From a virus (lineage: Duplodnaviria; Caudoviricetes): a stretch of DNA of 24,571 nt. Made by a program: the position numbers and the translations under genes. Each line of letters opens with the position of its first letter. Position 1 is the first letter of the stretch. Shown piece after piece: positions 17,001 to 24,571 of the stretch. The DNA is taken from the IMG/VR virus record IMGVR_UViG_3300020042_005007, positions 1-24,571 of that record. One strand, written 5' to 3'. A model generated the notes under the pieces. The model saw only the letters and a list, made by a program, of their open reading frames with translations. It was not told the DNA's origin and did no database searches.

Positions 17001-17160
17001 GACCGCGACCTCTGATTCAATCCCTGCAATGCTGTCTGACGGCGAATTTGTAATGACTGCCAAAGCCGTTCGCGGTGCAGGCAAGGGTGATAGACGCGCA
17101 GGAGCAAAACGCATGTATGCTCTTATGAATCAACTTGAAAAAAACGCATCACGGGGTTAA
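14077..17160 (+). CDS. Large modular internal virion (ejection) protein
   Basis: 1027 aa: acidic N-terminus, GR.GDTMLAHI...G..NP.TGLPEF motif, Gly/Ala hydrophobic helices, Pro-rich linkers, C-terminal GPGTATSDSIPAMLSDGEFV motif; SD TAAGGA. Confidence 0.65.
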   Translation: MATAAPQTAMEMPQEAGANPFADPNTMAVYDQMRQTMSPKEFGDEMLAGASQVDPEAMAQFRNELSQIDLSPEELDMLNNMVDEILATPEQYAAVRAKYLEMGAPEELLPEQFDPQFFAAMNMAVDQLIAEPSGVQAFAQGGIAELKPIAKVIASYGRNGDTMLAHITPAEARMLRRRGGSGTINPATGLPEFFLKKAFKSLGKAVKSFANSTIGKIVLPIALGFFLGPAAAAFVGVGATSVAGVAIAGFVGGAGSTLLGGGNLKDALKAGAIGGLTAGAIAGVSGASLTGTPSGLTPGQALSGQVDKFTNFVTPSASASGIPAPAIDASGNVKGLVPTEAPVFQSGQNLPSAQTFPVGDLINPAAGPLPGDLYNTNPEAFYTSPPAPAPLPGQPGGAQIGGKPAIPPVGATQAPYKVPTIGESFSKMGEGIGMGDGPASYKTFMEGAGDLFAPGPTNAEVTARAENILGADKTGKMTYADALKAAKTEGPGFLRTYGPATVASLGAIGLAGGFKATDAQPSAMRDELMKPVTQRIAEGGNQRNFYIQGLPGVKYDQYGAPIFGQNVPLPTFDTGLGIESLINLKGYAAGGAVTAANFDSTAYLNANQDVKDAIARGEFANAYEHYTKFGQAEGRTAFDKAETAAAAAKDAAEKEAAQAANRKAVADAEAARKAAGFGNAYQNINAGLSYDVPAGIAATSIAARQAAFKPTIDKFTQAQTANAAILAQPYTPIVVDQPYNNASGYGNIINEPVLPPVNYDTTPVTPGPDIKPPVKQPPVNTGYTGRAITDQEVMDWLKANRNATDRDVVKIMDQYNVRPEQVARVTGMQSVDPSSFQNINFRYADAKSALQGNPNSLARQNQADAVTGKSIRDYFAKNPGMGDEQVANYMDKNMIDPAQLEQAFAGMPGAISASDVLKRYNAAITGPTRKVFATDSLPTPPAAAPVEKKLMNMGGIASLGAGGYPRKTGQINGPGTATSDSIPAMLSDGEFVMTAKAVRGAGKGDRRAGAKRMYALMNQLEKNASRG

Positions 17161-17163
17161 AAA

Positions 17164-18624
17164 ATGGCATCAAGTAACGTTCAAGAAACAGTATCCCGGG
17201 AAGCGTCGGACATCGAGCAACGCAAAGTTGCAATGATGGACTCCGCCAAAGCGTTGGCGGATGCAGCCAACGTTAATGCGCTAAGCGGTAACTATTTAAC
17301 CCCTGATTATCAAGTAGCAGGCATGAGTCCTGACCAGCTAAATGCGCTGGATTTGGGCCGTCAAGGTATTGGTGCTTATCAGCCGTACATGAATGCGGCC
17401 ACTAAGCAATACGGTGCAGCGGGGAATACTGTGCAGCAGGGCGTTAATACGCTTTTAGGCGCAGATACGCGTGGCCAGTTTGCCGGCGCGCAAGCCGCGA
17501 TGAATCGTGCGGCAGTACCTATTAAACAGATGGGCCAAAGCGCTAAGTTGGCAACGCAAGGTGTGGGTTTAATTGGACAAGGCGCGCAAGGGCTTACGGC
17601 GGCCCAACAACAGGCTAATAAGTACGCTCAAGCAAACATGACGGGTTCGCTTTCTGCGTTGAACCAAGGAATTGCTTCCTTGGGCGGGGCAGCACAGATG
17701 TACGACCCATCAAGTGCTCAGAAGTTTATGAACCCCTATCAACAGCAAGTGATCGATGAATCTGTTCGTCAGATCAATCGCCAAGGTGATATTGCGCAAC
17801 AAAGCCTACAAGCCCAAGCTACTCGTGCTGGCGCTTTTGGCGGCTCTCGCGAAGGTGTACAGCGCGCGGAGCTAGAACGTGGATTAGCAGAGCAACGCAA
17901 TGCCGCAATTGTGGGCGGTTTATCTAGCGGTTACCAAAACGCTGCACAACAAGCACAACAGGCATTTGAGGCTCAACAGGGCCGTCAATTGGCGCAGGCT
18001 CAGGGTTACCAAGGCGCAGGAAGCGTATTGGGACAACAAGCATTACAGCAAGCTCAATTGGGTCAAGGCGCTGCAGGCTTGCAGGGAAGTTTGTCAAATC
18101 AATTGGCAGGACTTTCAGGCATGTATGGCAATATTGCTGGACAGCAGGCCAATATTTATGGTCAGCAGTCTCAGTTGGGTCAATCAATGGCCCAAGGTAT
18201 TGGCAATTTGGCTACTCAGCAGTTTGGTATTGGTCGCGACATGGCTCAGGGCCTTGGCGCGTTGGGCGCGCAGCAAGGCAATTTGGCAACGCAAGGCGCT
18301 GCTTTGGGTCAAGCTGCACAGGGTATGAACCAACAGGATACAAACTTCTTGTACAACCTTGGTTCTTCGCAGCAAAGACAGTTGCAATCCGAGATGGATG
18401 CTAGTCGCCAAAACCAGTTGACAAAAAACATGCAGCCCTATCAGCAGATGGGATTTGTATCCGACATTTACAGGGGCGCGCCTACTTCAAGCATGTCAAT
18501 GATGCAACAAAACCAAGCCACACCCAGCCCTTTCCAACAAGTTGCTGGTCTGGGAATCGCCGGTGTAAGTGCCGCCGCTGCCGCAGGCAAAGCAAATATC
18601 CATCAATTTAAGGACGCACCATGA
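17164..18624 (+). CDS. Gln/Gly/Ala-rich internal virion / DNA-transfer protein
   Basis: 486 aa; long Q/G/A helical repeats, NPYQQQVID and AGAFGGSR motifs, hydrophobic Gly/Ala C-terminus. Confidence 0.6.
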   Translation: MASSNVQETVSREASDIEQRKVAMMDSAKALADAANVNALSGNYLTPDYQVAGMSPDQLNALDLGRQGIGAYQPYMNAATKQYGAAGNTVQQGVNTLLGADTRGQFAGAQAAMNRAAVPIKQMGQSAKLATQGVGLIGQGAQGLTAAQQQANKYAQANMTGSLSALNQGIASLGGAAQMYDPSSAQKFMNPYQQQVIDESVRQINRQGDIAQQSLQAQATRAGAFGGSREGVQRAELERGLAEQRNAAIVGGLSSGYQNAAQQAQQAFEAQQGRQLAQAQGYQGAGSVLGQQALQQAQLGQGAAGLQGSLSNQLAGLSGMYGNIAGQQANIYGQQSQLGQSMAQGIGNLATQQFGIGRDMAQGLGALGAQQGNLATQGAALGQAAQGMNQQDTNFLYNLGSSQQRQLQSEMDASRQNQLTKNMQPYQQMGFVSDIYRGAPTSSMSMMQQNQATPSPFQQVAGLGIAGVSAAAAAGKANIHQFKDAP

Positions 18625-20964
18625 AGAATGAAATTTTAGAGCGTGCCATGTTTGCGATGCCCTTGTCAAAGGACGCACGCAACTCTGGAATCATGGCGGG
18701 GTTTGAAGATGAGATGCCCGAGGATACGGAAGATCAAGGCATGGAAGAGATGCCTCCTATGGCGCGCACGCCTCAGAATCCAGAGATCCTGATGAACACT
18801 TTGCGTGGTGATATGCGTTCAATGGATGCACGGTATCAAGAGTTGGCTCAGATGGTGGGTGAAGACGCTGCGATGGAGACGCCTCCTGAAGTGTTGGCCA
18901 TGCTGCAGCCTCAGTTAGCTGCACCGCCGGCCGGTATTGGTGGCTTACCACAGGCTCAGGCCATGATGCCTCCCGGTGCGGGCATGCCCCCTCCCGGTGG
19001 GATGCCTCCTCCTGATCAGATGGGCGCTCCTCAACCTGCTCCGGCCATGCCTCAGGGTGGTATTCCCATGCCTGCGGGTATGGAGAGTGCACCCCCTTTT
19101 TCCCCGGGGGCTGAAGCCCCTCAAGGCTACGCTTACGGCGGTATTGTGCGCGGTGCACAAATGGTGGGGGATAAGTTGGGCCAGTACGGCTCCGCAGCTA
19201 ACGCTGCGCTTGGCCGTATGTTTATGACGCCTGATAAAATCATGACTCAACCCTATTTAGAAAATGTTCGTGGTCCGGCAGGCAGGTTTACTGCTGAACA
19301 AATTCAACGTGGTGGAGATGTAAGTTTATTGACACCAACGTTTACACAAGGATTGCAACAGGGCGTTGCACAGTTTGCAGAACAGTATCCGCGGTTGGCA
19401 AATGCATTGCGTGTATCCCCTATGGCGGGAATGTTTGCAACGTTGCCGTTTGTACAGGGTTCTTCTAATACAGCGCGCACTGCTGAGCAAGAAAAAGCGC
19501 GTCAAGATTTAATTAATCAAATTCCTACAGGGGGTTATCCTCCTGCTCCGCCCGCGGATGATCCACGACGGGCCGGGGCTCCCGTCCCTGTTTCTGACCT
19601 GACCTGCACCTGCCCCCGCTGCTGTTGCTCCTCCAATGCAGTCTATGGTTCCAGCAGAAGCTGAAGTAACAACAGAGCCGGCTGCTAAAGTTGATACTGA
19701 TCCATTGGGCACGTTTATTAATCAAAAACTAAAAGCTTTTGATGAACGCGAGGCTAAGGGTAAACCCCTGTCTAAGATAGACCGAATTAAGGCAAGTCAA
19801 GCAGAATATGGACCTTTGTTTGAAGAGTTGCTGGGCAGTGACAAAGAGTCGGCCAAGATTAATGCATTGCTTCTGCTGTCTGAAGCAGGTCTAAAACTGG
19901 CCAGCACGGCCAAACCTACTTTTGCCATGGCAGTTTCTGACGCGTTTGCTAATGTTCCTCGTGGCTTTGCAGCAATTGCTGCACAAGAACGTGAAATGGG
20001 CATTAAAACAAAAACTGCTGCACTGCAACAAGCTATCACGGATGTGGATGCTCAAGACAGATATGCACAGCAATTGCAACTTCAGGTACTTAAAGGTGAT
20101 CAAGAAATTATTAAAAAAATGGCGGCAGCAAACAAAGGTAATGTTACTGAAGATGTCGGGATAGGTGGGCGCGCTACTAAAGACTCAAACGGAAACTTTT
20201 TAAAGTTTTCAATTGATGGAAACAGTGATGCAGTTAAAAGTGCAATAAACAGCCGTTACACGTTGCGACAAACAGACAATCCTTATGTAAGCAACATGGG
20301 AGAGGCTCCTACCTTAATCGTTGAAGATAAAGCTGGACGACTTGAGTTAGGGTCTACTTTAGCCGCTCACAATAATTCTTTAAAATCAATCGAGATTGCC
20401 AAGAATTCACTGTCCCAGTTGTACAGTCCCGGCACGTTCTTCGTTGATAAGGTCAACAACCTGATTGTTCCTATTGATTTCACAGGAGCAGTTAAGCCTG
20501 ACCTGAGTCAAGAGGCAGCTAAATCTACGTTGATGACATTGCAAAATACATTGTCAAAGAGTATTGCTTCTGCTAACAACAGTGGCCGAACCGCGGTCCA
20601 AGAGCAAGAGTGGGCAAGGCAGCTTACCGCCGCAATTGCAAATCCTGTTGCATTTTTTAAAGACAGAGAGCTTGCTGCAAAAACACTAACAGCAATTGAA
20701 ACAAGCATTCGCAATGCCCGTCAAGAAACATTGACGCAGCTTGGGTTTGAAGGCAATGACTATGTCATGCGAACACCTAACACGGGTACAAAAAACGATC
20801 CGTTCCCAATTAGTGCTGATCCTGCAGAGCAAAAAATAATGTACACCTTCTTGGGCAGTACAGTGGGCAAGCTCCAAGATTCAAAAGCATTGGTGCATCT
20901 GCGGATGCCTAACGGTCAGATACAACAATTTACACCAACTCAACTGCGAGCACTGAATCAATAA
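18621..20964 (+). CDS. Internal virion protein, probably one ~780 aa gene interrupted by a frameshift near 19602 (track ORFs 18621..19664 and 19636..20964)
   Basis: The Pro/Ala-rich linker continues in the +1 frame (PAPAPAAVAPPMQS), while the original frame degenerates to TCTCPRCCC. No SD precedes 19636. Confidence 0.6.
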
Positions 20965-23900
20965 TGGCTACGTTGACCAATACCCGGGGTGAACTTATTG
21001 ATATGGCAACCGGAGAGGTTGTAGGTAGAGCCGAGGGCGCTCCTGTTGCACGCGACCCAAGGGCTAAAGGCCCGAATCAAGCAGTTGACGACCCTGTCTC
21101 GGGTTTAATAAAACAGGCTTCTTGGGGCCTGAGCGCCGGCCTGTTTGCATTACCTGACTTGGCAGTCAAAGGGATTGGCAAAGGCTTGGGCATGGACGAT
21201 AAAAACGTCATGACCTTGACAAAGCTGTTTAATCGGGGCGAGACAGCGCCGCGCAATGAGCAAGAGCGTTATGCAAGAGCTATTGCTGAAGGCATTGGTG
21301 GTGGTTTGTTGCCTACAGGCGTATTGTCTTTTATTGCACGCGGCCGAGCCATTGCTCCTATTGCAGCGCCTAGCGCAGGCGTTTTCAAACAGATTGCAAA
21401 CGAAACGTTGGACTTTGTTAAAAAGAATCCCAAGCAAGCGTTCACCATGGACGCTGCGTTTGGCGCGGCTCACGAGACATTGGTTCAGGCCGTAGAAGAA
21501 AACATGTCGGACGATGATCCTGAGCGCAAGCAATTCTTTAAAGACTTCATGCCTACGGCAGCGTTGATTGGTGCACCTTTGGCTATTTCAGCACTTAGCC
21601 CCACTGCCATGACATATCGTTTTGGCAAAAACAAAATGGGAAATTTAAATGCCTCATTAGGTGAGCTAGAAAAAGATGCAATCAAGGATCTTCCTTCAGG
21701 TTACAAGCTTCCGGTAATCAGCATTGCTCCAAAAATATTTGCTGCAAAAGCCAAAGAAAAACTAATACAAAACTTAGGTGCGGCTGCTGATTCGCCTGAG
21801 GGCAGAGCCGCCTTGGCAAAGATGGATGAGATATTTAATGACTATCCACAATTAGCAGCGGCAGGGTTTAAGCCCAACATTGTTGAACAAACAATGGATC
21901 CAATGTTGATGGACAGGGCAGAGAAAGCCATATCAAGTTTGCCAGCAGGTAGTGAAGCGCAAAAACTTTTAATGTCACAGCGAACCACAAACGACGCTGC
22001 TTTTGCTTCGCTCTACGACAACTTGACACCTCAAGCAAACATGGAACTGCAGGCTGCTTTGAGCCAAGTTCAGCAGCAACGACAGCAGTTGTTTGATTCG
22101 TTGGCGGCTAATCGAACAGACGTTACCCAAGATGAACTGACCCGTTTGAGCATGTTCTATGGACCACTCAATCCTGACAAATTAAACGGTGAGCTTCGCG
22201 GCATGCTTCAAGCGCAGAATGAGCTTGATGTAGGCATGCGCAAAAACATCATGCGCAAACTGGGACTGAGTCAAGGTGTAGATCAAAATGGGTTGCCTCT
22301 TCCTGTTCGCGACGAAAAAGGGAAGTCTTTGTTGACTGCCTCTAACATTGAACAACCTGCCGTGGACTTGTTGGGCTACTACGATACGCTGCTCAAGGGT
22401 CGTACAACGATGGCAGCAGAAATGCGCAAATTTATTACAGGATCTGAGCCCTTAAACACTTTGCGCAAAAACGTTACGGAGAAAATCAAAGCCCGTGACG
22501 CTATGGAAGCAAGGATGAACGAAGAACTGTTGGTTGACAAATACATGGACGCGCTGCAGGGCACCAAACTGGCAGCAAAGATGAGCGGCCCTTTGGCAAA
22601 AGACTTTGCAGCGCAAGATAACAAAACTATCCAAGACGTTTTAAAAAATCTTCGTTTGATTCTTAAGCCTAACCCCACTGAAAAAGAACTTGGTGACATA
22701 AAAGCGCTGGGTAGGTCGGCTCAATACAACCCTGATACAGGGGACGTTCGCTTGAGTATGGGCAAAGATGACACCCTTACCATGAACGTAAAATCAATTG
22801 CAGAAGATGCAAAACGAATTGCAGACACAGAAAATGCAATAGATATAAATATTCCAGAGGCCATTGATTACCTTGAGGCCGCAGCGCGTTTCCGTAATCA
22901 AGCATTGGACAAATACAATTCTGTGCTTGCTGGAAGTCGCCAGACCCGTGTTGTAGATGCAGATCAATACCTTGCATTAGGCAACAAAGTTTACGACGAC
23001 TTTGAAAAAATGATCTTGAACAACGTGCCCCGCTTAAAGCAAGAGCGGGATGCGATGAAGACTGTGTTGGATGATTATCGAAGTGTTTACGAGCAGCGAC
23101 TGCCTTTGCTTCTTGGAAGAAGATCGAACGAAGGTGGTGCTACTCGTTACTCCGTTCCCAATGAACAAGTATTGTCTGTTGCGTTTAAGAGCGCGGAGGA
23201 CGTGCGAACCCTTTCCGCGTTAATTGGCAACAATCCAATCGGGCTTAATCTGTTGGAAAAAGGCACGTTGAACTGGCTGCAGAGCAAAAACATCTTTGAC
23301 AACAATAAAAATTCACCTACCCAAGGTTTAATTCTTCCAAAAAAAATTAACGATGTTTTGCAGAAAAACCAAAACATTATTTCTGTTTTGCCTAAGCAAG
23401 TTCAGGATACTTTACGCAATGAAGTTGACACGGCAGTAAACGTGTCCCGTCGTTTAGCTGAAATAAAACAACAAGAAGTTATTGCACAAGACGTTGAGTT
23501 TGATAACTTCCTGACCAAAGTGTTGCGCCCGGGAACTGACAATGAAATTGTTTTAAAACAAGCTTTGTCTAGCCCAATTGAAATGAGTAAGCTGGTCAGT
23601 GCCGTTAAAGGTGATCCAGACAAGTTGGCTGCTCTGCGACGTGCTGTGTTTGACATTTCTAAAGAAGGTTCTTTAACAGGGGGATCTTTAAAGAAGTTCA
23701 TGGAATTGACGGATAAATCTTTAAAAGTGTTGTTTGACGAAAAACACTTAAAAGATTTAAATGCACTTGCCGATATTCAAGCACGCAATGCAGCCCTTGC
23801 TAAGGTTACTGGCACTGCTCCAAAATTTGAATCTGCAAATCAAGTATTTCAACGCCTGCTTGGCGTGTCTATTCCGGGTTTGATGACTTATGGACGAGAC

Positions 23901-24434
23901 GTTGCGGGAGGCCGCATATCGCCTCAGGGCGCAGGCATAAGTTTAAGTGTGCGGTTGTTGTCCTCCATGGAAGAGGACCTGCAAAACAAGATGATGGTGC
24001 GTGCCTTGACTGATCCTAAAGTGGCCGAGGCATTATCTAATGCTAAAACTGCAGATCAGGGTAAATTACTTTTGCGTGAAGTACAGTCTTTGGGATATCT
24101 TTCTCGGGCACTGATGGCAGACATTGGCGTGACAAGCTCACAACTGGCAATGGGGGATAGAGAAGCACCTGTGCAGGGCACGCAGGCCTCTCCCATTGGT
24201 GCCTCTTCCTCGGCTGCTGCACCTCGCCCTGAGACGGCAGCTGCTTTGTTAAAGAAGATGCCTCCTGCACCGCAAACCAGAGGGTTGCCTTCAACGATGT
24301 CGCCACGCTTTGCACCGCCCCCGCCCGCATCAGCAGCGCCTCCTGCTCCGAACATGTACCAAATGTTGTTTCCTGACGATCCTATCAGTAAAATGCTAAA
24401 TCAGCGTCAACAACCTGTAGCCCCTCCGCAATAG
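20964..24434 (+). CDS. Largest putative internal virion (ejection) protein
   Basis: 1156 aa, mostly helical, with N-terminal hydrophobic Gly/Ala segments and a Pro-rich tail; last of the large-gene block; TAATG-coupled. Confidence 0.6.
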   Translation: MATLTNTRGELIDMATGEVVGRAEGAPVARDPRAKGPNQAVDDPVSGLIKQASWGLSAGLFALPDLAVKGIGKGLGMDDKNVMTLTKLFNRGETAPRNEQERYARAIAEGIGGGLLPTGVLSFIARGRAIAPIAAPSAGVFKQIANETLDFVKKNPKQAFTMDAAFGAAHETLVQAVEENMSDDDPERKQFFKDFMPTAALIGAPLAISALSPTAMTYRFGKNKMGNLNASLGELEKDAIKDLPSGYKLPVISIAPKIFAAKAKEKLIQNLGAAADSPEGRAALAKMDEIFNDYPQLAAAGFKPNIVEQTMDPMLMDRAEKAISSLPAGSEAQKLLMSQRTTNDAAFASLYDNLTPQANMELQAALSQVQQQRQQLFDSLAANRTDVTQDELTRLSMFYGPLNPDKLNGELRGMLQAQNELDVGMRKNIMRKLGLSQGVDQNGLPLPVRDEKGKSLLTASNIEQPAVDLLGYYDTLLKGRTTMAAEMRKFITGSEPLNTLRKNVTEKIKARDAMEARMNEELLVDKYMDALQGTKLAAKMSGPLAKDFAAQDNKTIQDVLKNLRLILKPNPTEKELGDIKALGRSAQYNPDTGDVRLSMGKDDTLTMNVKSIAEDAKRIADTENAIDINIPEAIDYLEAAARFRNQALDKYNSVLAGSRQTRVVDADQYLALGNKVYDDFEKMILNNVPRLKQERDAMKTVLDDYRSVYEQRLPLLLGRRSNEGGATRYSVPNEQVLSVAFKSAEDVRTLSALIGNNPIGLNLLEKGTLNWLQSKNIFDNNKNSPTQGLILPKKINDVLQKNQNIISVLPKQVQDTLRNEVDTAVNVSRRLAEIKQQEVIAQDVEFDNFLTKVLRPGTDNEIVLKQALSSPIEMSKLVSAVKGDPDKLAALRRAVFDISKEGSLTGGSLKKFMELTDKSLKVLFDEKHLKDLNALADIQARNAALAKVTGTAPKFESANQVFQRLLGVSIPGLMTYGRDVAGGRISPQGAGISLSVRLLSSMEEDLQNKMMVRALTDPKVAEALSNAKTADQGKLLLREVQSLGYLSRALMADIGVTSSQLAMGDREAPVQGTQASPIGASSSAAAPRPETAAALLKKMPPAPQTRGLPSTMSPRFAPPPPASAAPPAPNMYQMLFPDDPISKMLNQRQQPVAPPQ

Positions 24435-24479
24435 CAGAGAAAATGTAAGTTAAATAATCTTTTATAAAGGTGGTAAATC

Positions 24480-24571
24480 ATGGACTCGAAAATGAAAATG
24501 GTTAAAGGCAAAGACGGCAAAATGGTTCCGTCTTTTGCAGCCGATGGCGTGGGTAAGATGAAAAATGGCGG
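24480..24571 (+). CDS. 3'-truncated small Lys/Met/Gly-rich protein with a GG motif (not in ORF track)
   Basis: MDSKMKMVKGKDGKMVPSFAADGVGKMKNG(G) after the SD-like AAAGGTGG. Confidence 0.8.
   Translation, partial: MDSKMKMVKGKDGKMVPSFAADGVGKMKNG

Larger units (their letters stand above)
1..24571 (+). mobile_element. Tailed phage genome segment: neck/tail, fibre, lysis and internal virion protein modules
   Basis: About 30 abutting or overlapping co-directional ORFs (ATGA, TGATG and TAATG couplings), a GH24 lysozyme, holin-like genes and Gly/Thr/Ser-rich fibre proteins. No host housekeeping genes are present. Confidence 0.95.

Noticed and set aside
19600-19602. Stop-codon reassignment (TGA readthrough)
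   Set aside because: The two ORFs are in different frames, so readthrough would not join them, and TAA, TGA and TAG all end genes cleanly elsewhere.
212-24355. Other minus-strand and alternate-frame ORFs in the track
   Set aside because: They are nested in longer coherent + strand genes and show no recognisable motifs; the + strand genes already tile the window.

Overview
A gene-dense, entirely + strand virion-morphogenesis region of a tailed dsDNA phage, most likely with a short podovirus-type tail because no tape-measure, sheath or baseplate gene is recognisable. The gene order is: (i) the end of a small Lys/Met/Gly-rich protein; (ii) two head-tail adaptor-like genes and a CxxC protein; (iii) a ~7.7 kb array (2047-9712) of paralogous fibre, receptor-binding and putative chaperone genes, including two polyglycine adhesin-like proteins; (iv) a lysis block with holin-like genes and a GH24 lysozyme; (v) a ~700 aa tail nozzle/stabilisation-like protein; (vi) four large putative internal (ejection) proteins, one split by an apparent frameshift near 19602; (vii) the start of another small Lys/Met/Gly-rich protein. 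No capsid, portal, terminase, replication, integrase, tRNA or CRISPR features were recognised. The most interesting signals are a recurrent (Y/F/M)-x-x-G-G motif that links otherwise unrelated proteins and divides the 1027 aa protein into modules, and a cassette-like fibre array with conserved junctions. All functional calls come from motif recognition and gene order by eye; no database searches were run.
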